A stretch of DNA of 64,000 bases, taken from NCBI GenBank assembly GCA_013239625.1, contig MU053557.1, positions 689,063 through 753,062 on the forward strand. Direction: 5' to 3'. The position numbers and the translations under genes are program-made. Below are positions 39,693-54,599 of the stretch, in pieces. Below the pieces are notes generated by a model. It was not told where the DNA came from, did no database searches, and saw only the letters and a list, made by a program, of their open reading frames with translations. The stretch is from Lama guanicoe. Taxonomy: Eukaryota. How positions within the stretch are numbered: the stretch's first letter is position 1; the number at the start of each line of letters is the position of its first letter.

Positions 39693-42600
39693 CAATCTAT
39701 CTATCTCTGGCTAGTATAGTAGAAACAAATGACAGAAACAGAAAAGGGCAAATTAAACCTTACAAGAAAGGATAAAAGAAAATGTGGACAGAAGTGGGGA
39801 AACTGGCTTTGATTCATCATGTACCCTCTCCAACACTCGGGTACCTCAACTGTATAACAGGAGCAGTGAAACTCATAGGACATTGAATAGCAAACTATAG
39901 GACACGTGTCAAGTGACCGTGTTGCTTTATTAGCCGTCGGTTGTTAAGACAGATTTTATCTGAGCTTAAGTGAACGTCCAGAGAATGTCTTAAGGAAAGG
40001 TAACTCCGTCCAAGAAGAGAAAGGCTAAGTCTGGTCATTTAGAAAGTTGTTAAAGCATTTGGATACTGATGGTCAAAAAAACCCCAAAAAGGCTGAATAG
40101 GACTGCAGCATCAGCATTATCACTATATAAGACTGAGCAGCATAGAATCAAAGATGTGTTGGGTCTGGGTTGGAATCCTCTGCTTATGAAATGACTGTGC
40201 ACCCGTGGTGTGAAGGCACAGGCTAAATGGACAAAAACAAACCCCTTACTGAAGCCCCGTAAACTGTGATGCTGGATGGAAGCTTGCAGCGAACCTTTAT
40301 GCTAGGAAGTTTGCCAACTTGATTTATAAAATCAGAGCATCCTGGGAAGTAGGGAGCTCTCATGATTTCATGATTCAGTCTCCTCTCTGAGTCTTCAGGC
40401 TGTAAATGAAGTCCTAGGTCAAAGCTACCATACAGAATCTTTAAAAGTGACACTTTTATTGAAGTGGGAATTGGGTGTAAGATGTTCCTCCCTACTCCTC
40501 CTTTTTTTTTTTGCTTTTTCCATGGTGGCTTTTGGGGCAATTTCAGGAAACTTAAGGCTCAGAGTAGCTGTTTGAAAACTTTAACCCAGGCATTCTAAAC
40601 ATATGGTGAATTTCTGTCTTTTGAAAAATTAGCTTTTTATATTTTTGCTCAGGTTCTTAACTGTGCATTCCTTTCTACTTTTGTTATTTTCATTTGACTA
40701 TGTTTAGTTCTTAGGACAAATCTAAATGAAGGATGGACTGGAGAAAGGCAATTATTAGAAAAGATAAAGAGCAAAAGTAAATGAATTTTGCTCCTATCTT
40801 TGGTATATTATGGAGAAAATTACTTTAATTATCCACTGTACTTTTTGTTTGTTTGTTTTTTGTTTTTTGTTTTTTGGGGTTTTTTTTGTAACAACACAAG
40901 CAATGGGAGTTGTTGCTAGTGAAAGAGAGCATGGAAAATGGTCATCACAACTGACTTTATATGCTTTCCCCTAGTAGTCTGGAATTGTTTTATATATTGT
41001 GAATAAAGCCTGAGGTTAGTATATTATTTTATTAGATCAGTATAATGTATATTTCCTCCAAAAAGCTTAAGGGACTGTGGTAAAATCTCTGGTTGAGATG
41101 GTGCTTTCTATCCTGACAACAAGAATTAATTGTAAACAAAATCTATTTTGGGGGTGTTTGCAAATAGTCCCTCATACCAGCGATATTCTGCTGTATAAAA
41201 ACAGCAGGAACACTTTCTTTTTATCATAGCTATATTTTCATATTGTTTATAGTCTGTGATTTGCCTTGGTAATTCGCTTCCTTTTATGGGAAAACAAGTT
41301 TTCTTCCAAACAACCAGATGCAATGTAATCAAATAATTGCTGTCTTAATTTGCTGCTGAAATCCTCCTGAGCAGACAGAAATAAACTATAGGTGTGCAGT
41401 GGTGTATATTTAAATTCTGAGGTGCTAACCATAATCATAGCCATCCTTTATATTTGAATTCTACATCAGGTGTCATGTCCAGCATTTCTCATTTAATCCC
41501 CATGAAATCTCTATGTAAAAAACTGAGGCTCAGGGAGGTTTAATGTGCCCAAGGCTGCTGTTAGTGGCTGCTTCAGAATTTCTGTATGGGAGACACCTAG
41601 CAGCATTAAGTTGGAGGAAAGTTCATTTACTGATATAAAGAATGAAGTGATTCGTGCTCACCCAGGGACGCCAAAAGAAAAAAAAAAAGAATGAAGGTGA
41701 AGGTGGACGGATGGAAATCATGGTGTGTGATGGGGCTGAACTTTAAAATAATTCTCCCTACTCCACAGATCCAAGTTACTGCTCTGCGGTCTCAATTGTA
41801 ATTGCTACAAGCAGAATTCAAATCCCAATTGCCCCAACCCCAAATCCGGCACTTGTAACTGCCATGCAACACCATAGCAATACCAGATGGCGGACCTATC
41901 TTCTTTGAGCTGCCAAAAGCAGCTCTTCATAGGAGCTGACTCCCGAGATTGAGTGAGGGGCTTACATACAGCCTCCCTCAGCAGGTGGAATGCTAGAAGG
42001 TGCTGGACAGAGCTGGTTTCCCTTTCTCTCTCCCTTTCACATTTCTAGCCTTAAGAAAGCAATTTTCCCATGATACAGCTTTAAAAAAAAATTAAACCAG
42101 ATTGGGCTGAAATCTGCAAATGTGTCCTCAGTTACCCACACAGAGCTTCTGGGATACAATCTCTTCTCTCAGAGACTCCTACACAGCATTATTTTTAAGA
42201 ATTTGATTTCTGAGGTACCATAGATAGGAAAAGGCACAAGATTTCATAGTACAAAAAGATGTCCAAAAACATTTGAAATGCAATAGGAAGGCTTTATCCT
42301 TGTCTTCCTCCACTCCACTAAATACCTAAGCAAAATAAATTAAAATAAATAAATAAGCAAGCAAGCAAGCATATATCTTAAAAAAAATACAAAGGCATAT
42401 TAGCAAGTTCTCATTCTAGAATCTGTAGCAAAACTGAAATAAATGAGGCAACCTGAAACCAGATAAATCCAGATATTCTGACAGGCACTGCTGGTCTCTA
42501 GATAAAAGACACATTTAAGCACAAACCTATGACTAACCTGAAACTCTGTTCAAATTTCATAGAATATACTGAAAATGTGTTCTTTTTTTTAAACCAGCTT

Positions 42601-43599
42601 ACCTAGTTTTAAATTTGAGGAGAGTTACTTAAGAATATAATTTTGATGTAACTATCTTATGTTACTTGCAGCTTTCTATTACCTTTGAAGCCTAGACGTA
42701 CACAACAGCACGGTTACAAACAAAAACCGAAAAGAAAAATTGATTCTTGGTTTTAAAACCAGTTGACACTGATAACCCCTTTTCCTTCTGAGTCTTGAAG
42801 AAAATCCTAAAACCTGAGAGATGGGGAAGTATAGCCTCTTGCTTCCCCCCATTTCTTTTGATTTTTGTTTTTCTTCGTTGAGCTCTTTGCTCTGAAATTA
42901 GAGATGCCACTGGTGGAGCGCAAGTCACATGGCAGATGCTATGATCAGTGCTTTGTAGATGTTACAGTGTTCTCTCTTTAGAACAAACTTAGGAGGTGAG
43001 GATTACCTTTCCCATCTTACAGATGAGGAAACTGAGAGGTAGGAAGACCCTTACCCAACCAAGTTCACAGCTAGAAAATAATAAAAACAAGATTAAGACT
43101 CTGGTCAAGTCTGTCTGACTCCTAGGACTGCAAATGCTTTTTTTATTGCTAAGTTACATTGGTTTGTCCATAGAGTACAGACCTTTTCTATAAAGCGAAA
43201 TATAAAAGTTAAACGGTAGAACAGAAAGTGAGGCCAAAAGAAGATTACTTTCTTAAGATGGTAGCAGAGATAGTGTATTTGTATGCTAGTAGGAAGGATT
43301 CAGGGCTTAGGGAAAAATCAGCAACGTGGGAGAGAGAGGTGTGAGCTGGATTGATACCCTTGGGTAAGCAGGAAGGAACAGAGTTGAGTTCATATAGAGT
43401 TTGTCTTTGTTATAAACCTTGCTAGTTCATTCACAGTAATAGGTGTATGAATACAGAATGGATATACAATAGACACAGTAACAGTCTATGTGCATACAGT
43501 CACATATATGCATGTGTCTGCACATACATATGTACATATATATCTCACCAACAGTAACAGAACGATGTGTACAGGCACTGTTGGTTGATATGCTTTGGT

Positions 43600-44270
43600 G
43601 GGATTTCCCTTTGATTGAATTGCTTCTATCTGCTCAGTAAAGTAAAAAGCTGAAAGATTGAGGATGGGGAAGGAAGTCAGTGAGGTTTGGAAAGAGAGAA
43701 GATGGTATAAAATAGTTCTCTAGGACTGTGGGAGAGTGAATGAACTAGAGAGGGGTGTTACTGACCTGCAGCATTAAGGATTCACTTGAAGCAAGTAGCC
43801 ATGTTGTACATTTTTTTCTCCATCCATGTCCAGCTGCTTGGGTGTAGGTGGGGAGCAGGCCCAGATTTGATCATAACCAGCAAGTGTGAGGTTTGCAGAG
43901 TAGGGGCAGAAAAGCTGAAGATGGATGCAAGAAAGTTATTAAAATGATTGACTACTGAGTTTAAGTTAGGTAAGAAATGCAATGAGGACATGAAGGAGAT
44001 GAAGGGCGATAAAAAGATGTAGGATCAATGGATTGAAGTTCCCTATGAAGTCAAAGGTTGTTAGAATCTATTATTGGAGAAAAGGAGCTGGAAAGCTGGG
44101 CGTAGATGGTGAGATATTTGAAACTGAACTTACAGAAGATCAAGTGATTAGTAACGACACAGTTCAGGGTATGACCATGAAAGAGGATGGCTGAAGGAAG
44201 GTGGAAGGTGTGACTGTTGTAAGAAAGAATTTGAGAGTAACAACACTGTGATCATTTTAGTATGAAACAT
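43600..44270 (-). mobile_element. L2 LINE fragment
   Basis: Purine-rich internal L2-like sequence (ttgcttctatctgctcagtaaagta...ggaggtttggaaagagagaagatggtataaaatagtt...tcagggtatgaccatg). Confidence 0.5.
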
Positions 44271-46464
44271 TGAGGGTAAGAGTTAGTCAAAAAAGTCCAA
44301 GGTCCCAAACCTGGGAGGCATCAGTCCTGGGATTTTAATCTGGCTTGTACAACATCTCTTCCACCCATATAATGTGCAAAATGGTTTACGTATGCTATGC
44401 GTCCCTCCCTGCCTCTCTGTCATGGATAATTAAAAGGGGCTCAGGGATCTCAAATGCCTTGTGTCACTTGCCTCCCAATCTGTCATTCACCAACATAGAC
44501 TTAATAAGCACCTACTAAACACCAGTGCACTGCATCCACGTCCCAGGGCTACAAAGGTGAAAGGTATTGCAAGGAATTGCAGTTGAGAATTCAGTTTCAA
44601 CTGTATTATCATCTTTGCCAGTAAGAAAGGGTTTGAATAATATCTGAATATTTCACTGCATCTTGCCCTTATTATCTTATAAAAAATGAGTAGAGTATAG
44701 AAAATGAGGGTGCTGATATTGGTGATAAGAAGCATCTATCTCATAAACTTAATATAATTGTGACAGAGATGGGAAGCTTTAGGCATGCAGAAAGAAGCAA
44801 ATCTTTAGCCTCAACTCGGTACCACTGGATTTAAGCCAGTTGAGTGAGTTTTCTATTAGGAAGGAAAAAAAATCCTAGTTTACAAATTTATTAAATGTAG
44901 GAGTTGTATTTCAAAGACACTGTCTAAAAGGAAAGGTGTAATTAGGAATGTTCTTTTGTTTTTCTTTTCGTATTTCAGAATGCCTATCATGTAGGATATA
45001 AATCTAGGCTTTGATTTATGCAACTGGAGCTTTATATAGGACTTGAGATGTGTTATGTGTGACTACATGGAATGCTTTTATAATATAGAAGTGATGCAGG
45101 TATTGGGAAAAAATAGAGGAGGAAATACTTAATTCTGTGTGGAATGATCAGGGATGTCTTCCCTCGGGTGACAATTCTTAAGCAAAGTCGTAAAGAATGA
45201 GGAGTTAGTTAAGCAGACAATACAGGGAATAGCATTTTGGGTAGAAGGTCAAGCAGGTGCTGAGGCATGGAAATGAGACAGATCATGACTGTTTGCTGAA
45301 CCTCACGGTTGGGATGTAAAGGCCAGGGGCAGACAAACGCTCTGTATGGAGAACAAAGTCGAGAGCAGATGGTGAATGGCCTTATATGACATGCTGAGCT
45401 GCTGGGCTTCACCCTGGTTGGTGGGGAGATTGTAGGTACCTAGTAACCACAATTCATTCTTATTCGTGTCTTCCTTCTGTTTTCATTGCTCATTTAATGT
45501 TGCCTAAACTCACATCATGGTTGTCCCTTGCTTGTGAATCACTTTGTGATACCTGACTGTACTGTTTGGGATATACTTTTATGGGCCCATTCTCATAGAT
45601 CTCCTCCTTTCAGCTGCATGACTAACTGAGTCTTTATCTTTCTTCATTTATTTGATAAATATTTATTGAGCACCTACTATCCACCAGATATGTTCCAAGT
45701 ATTACGGGGTTCAGAGTGAACACAGCTTCTGTTCTCATGAAGCTTAATTCTAATGGGGGACATAAAGTGATAAGCAAATTCATATATGTCACTATCCATG
45801 AATACTGCCTGTAAGATGAGCATCAGGCTGAATTACGAGGTTGACAATGTTCCTCCCCATCCTCTTCTCTACCTTTGCTCTTTACTGGTGTCAACAGTGT
45901 TCTAGAAATAGAAGAACCACACAAAGAAAAGACAAAGGTTTCCAACCACACCTTTAACTCTTCATTGAGAGGAGGGAGCTATGCTCGTCTTGAATGTTCT
46001 TGATCCTTGATGGTTTGCCGAAGGACAGACGATTATTCTCTTACAAATTTATATGTATGGTTCATAAGATCACAGTTTTTCTTAAGTTCATGTGTGCATT
46101 TCAGATTATCTCCTGACAATATTCAAATAATAGAGCTTCTGCTAACGGCAACAATAATAGCTAATATATTTTGAGCGCTTACTTGCTAACTAGGTTAGAT
46201 CCACTGTCTGGACACTCAAAGTTCTGGGCTTGCAGTGAATGAGCAACTTGCCCCAGGTCATACAGCTGGTAGAAGGTGGAGCTGACATTCAGACCCAAGC
46301 CAGGGAGTTCTAGAACCCGGGCTCTCCTGCTCCTTGTGATATGTGACCATGATGCTGGAAGACCAAGGTACCAGTCTTTTTCTTTCCGGCAAATAAACAC
46401 CTTTGGATGGAATCTAAAGTATATTCTTCCCTTGGGTCTGAGGTAGATTCTATTCCTAAGGTAC

Positions 46465-46770
46465 ATCACTCTTCAACAGAAACATTAAGCCAGCCATGTA
46501 TATAATTTCAAATTTTCTAGTAGCCACATGACAAAAAGTAAAGAGAAAGAGTAAAATTAATTTGAATAAAATATTTTATGTAACCCAATATATCAAAAAT
46601 ATCATTTAAATCTATGTCTGAATATTTTTCATTGCTTCAGTTTTTTAATTTGAAATCATTAAAACTAAATAAAATGTTAAAGTTAAGTCACATTCTTTAG
46701 TCACATTTGCCATATTTCGAGTGCTCAATAGCCACATGTGACTAGCGGCTAGTATCTTGGAAAATGAAGC
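46465..46770. mobile_element. hAT-Charlie MITE, MER33/MER3-like
   Basis: aaattttctagtagccacat...aaaattaatttgaataa...taacccaatatatc and gtgctcaatagccacatgtgactagcggcta. Confidence 0.8.
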
Positions 46771-49045
46771 TTTAGTGGATATTGTTTTAAGAAGCCCCGA
46801 GCTGCTCACAGAGATCACATATATAATCGTGTATAGACTCTGAGATTTTATAGCTATTTTTTCAAGCCAGGTTGGAAGCAAGGAACCTTTGTTTCAGGCA
46901 CAGCAGCTGTTTTTCAGTCATTGTAGCGTCGTGTCTTTCTGACTTGGATAAGTGCTTTACAAATAACCTGCCATATTTCCAGCTTGAATGGCCTCCAGTC
47001 TTATACAGGAAGCCATATCAACTGTTACATAAAAGAAAGTAATGTCCATTGTGAAAGTTAACTTTGTTGTTCTTGTAGGCACAGGGAGGTAAAGGATGTG
47101 ATCTTTGTCACTTTTCTTCAATCCCAGGAGAAATTCTGATTCTGTCATTTTAAATTCGATATCTTACTATGTTGAAATCGTCATTGTGAGGGCTGGATGC
47201 CATCAAGGTCAGCTCTGTATCCAGCTGAATGTTATAGCCTGCAGGGGGTCTAACCTATCAGAGGTTTCTCCCTATTCTCTGGGAAAGAGAATAAGAAAGC
47301 AAAGAGATGTGTGAAGTTTGCAAGACAGCCCTCCTCACAGTGTATTTTTATTTTCCTCATCCTACTCCCCTTTTATTTTATTTTATTGTAGAAGACAAAG
47401 AGTTTAGTGCTAATGGCTGCAGGTTCCTCTGTCCATCATAGTCCCATCCCCAAAGGACTGTGCAGTTATATCATTTGCACTTTAAATGGAATCCATTCTT
47501 ATAGCTGGGTTTTTCTTGTTTTACACCCTTTTCATCTTCCATAAACAGGACAGATAATGAACACAAAAGAACCCAGTACCTAGGAAGATAAGGCAAAATT
47601 GCCCAGGTGTTTGAATTGTGCTGACCAGTTTTATCTGGTTGTGATAAATCCTTTCCTGTCCTGGCAGTCAGTCCTAGGGAAGGGGAGGGAGAAAAGGAAG
47701 AATCAAAAAGCACTAATTAGTACTTATCATTTAATCTCTGCAGTATCTGCTTTGCAGCTAGGAAATCATAGTATTTACTAGACAAAAGTCTTCAAGGATT
47801 AAAATGGAATCGAAATATTTTCTGTTTAGGCAAAAAAAATTTTTTTAATAAATAAATAACAGTGAGAGGAGATGACTTACTGTAAAGAATACAATCTTAT
47901 TGTATGTTGCTTTTGTACTGAAGTGTTTGCATTCCCAGTCATCTGATGCCAAACCGGTGCCATATTATAGTCAAGTCTCAAGAATGGGGAGGAACTGATT
48001 TTTTTTTTTCTTTCGATGTTTCCTTTGGATGTTCCCAATTCAAAAGACAAGATGAATTGTTTGGTAGAAACCTTGATCATGTCTCTCTAAAGCTGTTGCT
48101 CCCCAGCCTCACTCTACAAGAGAAAGTTTAGGATTTTACTCTCTTGTGAGAAGTGTAAATAAAAGCCCCACATGTTTTTTTTTTCACTCACTCCATCTTG
48201 CTCTAATAGCTCAGATTTACCATGAATACCTTCTCCATCCCAGGGATGACAGGTTATTTAGGTAGCAGCAGAAGTGCTGAACCAAAGAGGTAATTTGTAA
48301 GCAGGTTCACTCAAACCACAAAGACAAATGGCTGTTTTGTGGAAGATCCCAGACTTGGAATCAGAAGGCTAGGATGAGTGTTATCCTGCATGTCTGCTAC
48401 TTACCAGCTTTGTGAGTCAGGGCATACAACTGAGTTAGGCTTTCCTGTGAAAAATGGGAACAAATCCACCCACCTTACCAGGCTGTGGTATGGCTCAAAT
48501 CAAATGATGTCTACAAGGAAATACTTGGCAAACTATAAAACACTGTACAATGAAGTTAATACATATATAACCCATATATATCAGAATCCTCCCCTTTTCC
48601 AAAGATAAAAGTTATTATGATCAAACACGAGTTACTGAGATGGGCCAGAAACCAATCTCTCCCTAAAGGGACCTCAGCCTTTTCCTCTCTCTCTTAAGGA
48701 ATACAGAAGCACATCACCAACTCTGTCTTTTCAGGATGGAAGCTGAAAGCTGTCCAATAAGCAATAAATAAATGATTGCCAGGAAATACACCCACTAGCC
48801 TGGCTAAAGCCGAGCTCAATTTCTGCCCCAAGAAAGTACACAAGCATACCCGGTTGATGGAATAAAATATTCTCAGTGTAGGCCTTTAGGGGGAATCATT
48901 TTTCATGGGTGATAATCTTGTTTTTATGCATAAAGCTTAGTCTCCTGATACAGTGATTTCAGGCTTCTAACAATCCATTATCCTCTAGGTTGATAAAAAG
49001 TCTCATGCTTCCCCTTTCTTTGGAGGGTCTAGTGCACCTACCAAG

Positions 49046-49565
49046 TATAGGGGAGGAAATGTACTTTTCTTTCTATCTTTCTGGGTTCTTGGCTGAGACC
49101 CCTCTGTAATAAAGGACAGATTAACAAGAGGAAAACGAACACAAGCTTAAAACCATGTGTACCTTCTGTATACATGGGAGATACCCAGGGAACTGAGTAA
49201 CTCCTGAAATAGCCCAACCCAGCACCTTAAATGTCATCCTCAGTTAAAGACAAAAGAACATGGGAGGGTGGCGGGGAGTTGGAAGCCAGTTATGGGAGGT
49301 TATCAGGCAAAGCACAATATACAATGGTAAGGTTTTATGCAGATAAGGGTTTCAAGAGATTTGGTAATCCTGTTCCTGGTACAAATGGAGAGACACTCTT
49401 ACAAATGGAGATTTCCCTGATAAATGTAAATGTCTCTTTCAAAAAGGTAACTTCTACTAGGTTTTCAGAGCTTTTCCTCTATCTGTTGTTTCTTAAAGAT
49501 AATCAGCCTAAAATAATCTTTATGCCAAGGAGATGTATTTTGGGGGCAAATTTTGCTCGCCTTTA
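49046..49565 (-). mobile_element. ERV1-class solo LTR, MER34/MER39-like
   Basis: tataggggaggaaa...ccctctgtaataaaggacagattaacaagag...aaaataatctttatgccaaggagatgtattttggggg...cgccttta; degenerate 4-bp TSD CAAG/GAAG. Confidence 0.75.
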
Positions 49566-49689
49566 GAAGGGTGTGGCTTCTTTGTTCATAGCTAAGAGAG
49601 GATAAAGTCCTTTGTCTCCTAATGAGCTCAAGGATGTTCAGGAAATTTGCTGAGCTCTTTATTTCCACGGTTTATATTTAGAGCAGGAG

Positions 49690-49925
49690 GGACAGAGTCA
49701 GTCTGACTGGGTCACATTCTCACTCTCTCACTCTTGTTTGACATCATGCACCCAGTTACTTAAACCCTGAATGCCTCAGTTTCGTCATCCAAAAAATGGG
49801 AATGATAACAGTACCCACCTTTTGAAGTAACTAAGAATGTTAAATGAAATTATGAATATAAAGTGCTTCACAAAGTACCTGGCTCCTGGTAAGCCCTCAA
49901 TAAATATCAGCTTTATTATTGTTAT
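49690..49925 (+). mobile_element. MIR SINE
   Basis: gttacttaaaccctgaatgcctcagtttcgtcatccaaaaaatgggaatgataacagtacccacc...gtacctggctcctggtaagccctcaataaatat. Confidence 0.8.
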
Positions 49926-52900
49926 TATCGTTATAGAAATGAGAGATTATTCTTTTTTTTTTAGTTTTTAGATAGAAAATTATAATATAATATTTTCTAT
50001 TTGTAACAAACTTCAGGCAGTTCTTTGAGATTCACTGTTGAAATTTTATGCCTAAGGGAATGACCTTCAAGCCCTTTGGAAACACTCAGATGTTTGATTC
50101 TTATTTTACAAGGCACAGAACCTGCCACAAGATTTAAATAACTTGATATTTTAAACATCCTCATTGTTTCTTTGTAGCCCCAAACTTTACCATGGCCTGG
50201 CATACTTTAGAGATAGTACTGACCTAACACTTAATGACCATATCAAAAGGTCATTGTCAGTGTATGGATTCCAGAAAAAGAAAAATGGCATCGCTCTTGG
50301 CAATGATTCTGTTACTGGGTTGACATCATTAGACAACAAAACATTTGCCTAGGTCCTCCTGCATGCTAGGCACTGTTAGATGCTGAAGATACATAAAACT
50401 CTGTGTCTGCCCATGAGGTGCTGATACTCTGGTGAAGACACAACCACAGATACAAGTAATTATCAGATAAAGAATAAATGCTGTGTCTGAGGCACAATTA
50501 AAATGTAGAGGGGGGAAAGCAATTCTTTTTGGATGATGTCAGAAACCGCTCTGAAGAAGAGGGAACATTTGAGTTGGGTCTTTGAGGATGAGCAGGAGTT
50601 GAGCTGATAGATGGGGGTTTGGAATGGACAGAGGGCCATTCAGGCAGAAGGAACAGCCTGTGCAAAGGCATGAAACTTTGAAGAGAATGTTATGGAACTG
50701 GTGGGTACTTGGGTACGTCTAGAGCAAAGCACAATAGACATCGTTACTCATTATACTTACCTAAAAATCATGAACATAGCTCTCCCATAGCGATGTGGAG
50801 ATTACATAAAACATGAACAACACATATTTCATGAAAAAGAGCTAAAGGTTAGGAAAGATACCATCTTAAAGAAACTTGCTTGTTGGATAGAAAGAAAACA
50901 GGGAAATTTAGAAAAGCCATCAGGATAAGTAGCTTAAAAAGCATATGGCTTTTTTTTTGTAAAGAAGGAAAGCATGCAAATGCTTTTGCCTGCTAAGAGG
51001 CAACTTGGGATAAGCACTGGTCTGGGAAGAAGGCGATCTGTTCTGCTACTAACTGGGTATTGATCTGGGAATGTTGCTCAGCCTGGTGGGCCTCAGTATT
51101 CTCATCTGTAAGGCAAGGGATTTAGGTGATGATAAGGTCTCAGAATTTAAGGATTTATTATATTGGCCATGGCTCTCTCACCACTGAAATATGTTTTCAT
51201 GGCTTGCCTGTTCCCTGTTGAAAAATGCACCACGTCTAATAGCAGGTCAGGTGGCTAGGTACCAGAGACAAGCTCTGGATGGACGGAGATACTGTTGAAT
51301 CTCTACTTTAAGTCTCCACTTTCATGGTTCCTTCCCATCAGTCCTAGATTCTTGGGTGTTCTGGGCCCCTCCCCCAGATGTTTCTTCTACTGCAGAGGTC
51401 TGGTTGCTTGGCTTTGCCAGTCACATGCCGCTTTTTGGTCTTAATCAGGTTGAACAGAAAACTCCAGGATAATTTCTAACCAATTGATTTTGGCTCTGGT
51501 TTCTCATCTGGTTCAAGAACGATCACTATGGAGATCCTACACCACCAGGCCGCTGTCCTTGCTATCACAATTGTAATTTGGCATATTGATACAGTACGAA
51601 ATTTCAATTGAGCAGATGGTGCCAGGATTTAGACTTATGCTTATCAGATACAGATGGTCCAAACAGTGAATTTATCTGTTGGTTATTTTTATTTAGAGCA
51701 GGTTACATATAAATGACTTCATATTATTTTTCCTTTGTGATTTTTGTTTTACTACGATTACAAATGGTGTATCTTATTCTTTATCCTTCTGTGGACAAAG
51801 TCTTTTACTTTAATTAATACATATTTTCCCTCAATGTTGACCCAGATTGTCTCCCTTAAACCTGTTCTATTTGTTTTTCAGTTTTTCTGGAACAAGACGG
51901 GGGGAAAAGAACAAACCAAACATAAAACAAGCCATACTGTTAATTAGTTTGAAAGAAAAAGTCCTGTGGTTGATCAGAGTTCTTAATCATGCACCCCCAC
52001 CCTCTCCATCCCCTGGTGAAAGTTGTCACTAGCAGGGCAGGACTTAGCACACTGGATCTGGAAGGGCCCATGCTTGCTACAGAGATGAGAAAACAAAGCA
52101 GAACATCAGAGAAACTGAGTAATTTATCTGAGGTCACCTTGAAGTGCTTGGAAGAGTAATGACCAGAGCTCTGTCTTCACATTCCTGTTTGGTGCTCTTT
52201 TCAGTCACTGAACTGCCTCCTGGATCCGCTCTGGTTGCTTAGCATCAGATACTGTTACTAGCAACTGGCATTTTTCCTGCTTGGGGAAATTGATACCATC
52301 ACTATGGAGAACAAACTCTGCCAACTTTCTGAAAAACCACAAATTCTGCAAACATTTCGTGGTTCTGATTCTGAAGGTGGGGCTTGTGCAAACAGATGGC
52401 TGTGGATTGAAAAAAAGATGTTGCAGTGAGAGAGGTAGGAACAAAAATGCCGATTTGAATGTAGGATAATGAGAGAAGTAGGTCAGAGGATGCTACAGCT
52501 GAGGAGGTCTCAGGAAGGCAAATGTTTCACATAGATTTCGATTGTCTTCTTGAAGATTTTCAGAGACTGACTTCTCAATGTCCTTCGGACTCCAGCATGT
52601 CACCACCCTAGGGTCAGTGAACTCCTATTACTTTCATTTAGAAGCTTCAGTTCCCTTTACTTTGGTAACTTTAAGTCAAAGGTGATCACTTCTGTCCTTT
52701 AGTATGGAGGAAGTCAGAGTTGCCTAGTCAGTGTGACATAGTTGGGATTGAAACCTGTCCAGGTAGACGGATTTATTTGGAGAGTGGAATAATAACCAGG
52801 CTTGCGCTTCTCCATGGTCATCTGGTCTTACTGACTCATCTCAGTGATAGGCTGTGCTCCTTCCTCGGGAGCACAGTGTATTAATCTCGCAACAGCCTTG

Positions 52901-54174
52901 CCGTCTGTTGGGGAGAATTGGGTTATAAGATGCTAGGATCTGGGAAAGGGATGATATAATTTGCATTCATCCAAAACAATTAATTTGAGCCCCTTTAGTC
53001 CATTCTTCATCATCATTTTTTGGCTTGTCCCCATTCATCTATTCCATCAGTGTTTACTGAGTGCCTTTTTGGTGCCAGGTACTAAGGATACAATTAGCGC
53101 AAGATGTTTGCTTGCAAGGAGCTTATGGTCCAGGGGAAGATTCAGACAAGTAGGTAGATGATTGCAATCCTTCCTGAGAAGCACGATGCTATGTGGGGAT
53201 GAGGGAGCACACCCAATCAGAGAACCCCATGGGAGACAGTCAATAAATGCTTGTTGAGTGAGACAGGTCTTAAATTTCAGCTTACTAATGGTGTAATTTT
53301 TGGCAAGTCTGAGCCTCAGTTGTTTTATCTGCAAATTGGGGATAATAATACTTTCTAGATAGCCTCTCAGAGATTTTATGAGAGTCAATTAGAGCAATGC
53401 ACTTAAAAGCACTTAAGAAACCATGATGCTGTATAAGGGAATTGTTAAAAGAAATGATGTGCTCTTCCTGGTATTCTGGTTGCCCATGGTATACGAACGT
53501 GGAAATTATTAAATTGGGGGTAAATTTCCTAACAGAATTGATTTCAGCCAAAGTAATGTGTCTATGGAAGCTCTTGAGAGACTTTAAAGCATCTTCTTTA
53601 CAAGACAAAGCTGCATGACGTAGGCACCAGAGACAGCAATGAAGAATCTGATTTAGTTTGCATTCGGAGCGAAGAGGATTCTGGAAGACTTGTATTTCTT
53701 TTTAAAAGAGCTTTTAAGGATATGTTTATTTCTTCAAGTCCCGTCTTGACAGGCCTCTGAATTCCCAGTGATTAAATCCGTGGTATCACCAGATTCCTCT
53801 AGAAACCTTTAAAATAGCATAATCATGAACTACCTTGCCTTTTTCAATGCCTCCTCAACGTTGATGCCAAGGAAAACATAACAAGAAACAAGACGGTCTT
53901 TCCCATCAAACAGCTTATAGTCTAATTGGTGGAACATGATTACCACACATAAAATGATAGTGAGTCTGCACAATACATACATCATATGCAGGACTGGAGG
54001 CTGGGAATTAATCAGAGGTTTATGAAGGGATTGAGATCACACTGGGACTTGGAGGATGGATAAGATTTAGAGAAGGCTGAGTGGAATGGGGAAATTATTA
54101 AACTTTCTAAGTGAAAGGAAACGCTTAAACTTTGGAAATGAATAGAGTGAATGAATATTGCCAGTTTCTGTGAT

Positions 54175-54430
54175 AATATTAGTGGCTTCCACTTATTAAG
54201 TGTTTTTCTATATATTACACGTAGCCTAAAATGTTTCCATATATTACCACATTTAATCTTTAACAGTCCCATGAAGTTGCCACTCTTCACATCTCTATTT
54301 TATGTATGAGAAAATTGAGCTTCAGAGGCATTAAGTAGTGTGTCATGAAACACATAGGTAATAAATGGTAAAATGAGGTTTTACACTAAGATATATCTGA
54401 TCCTAAAGTCCATGTTATTAGCCATCATAT
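54175..54430 (-). mobile_element. MIR SINE
   Basis: catttaatctttaacagtcccatgaagt...ctattttatgtatgagaaaattgagcttcagagg. Confidence 0.65.
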
Positions 54431-54599
54431 TATGCCACCTTCTGACTCTAAGTGCATCAGAAGGGTTTCAAATGAATAACTCACAATTACTAAGAAAGCA
54501 GCAGTTTTGAAACTTCCCAAGTATCTCTTTAAATTAGAATCCCCTTCTTTCTGTACAATAATGGTGGTTTTTTTTTTTTGCTTTGTGTTTTTAACACTT

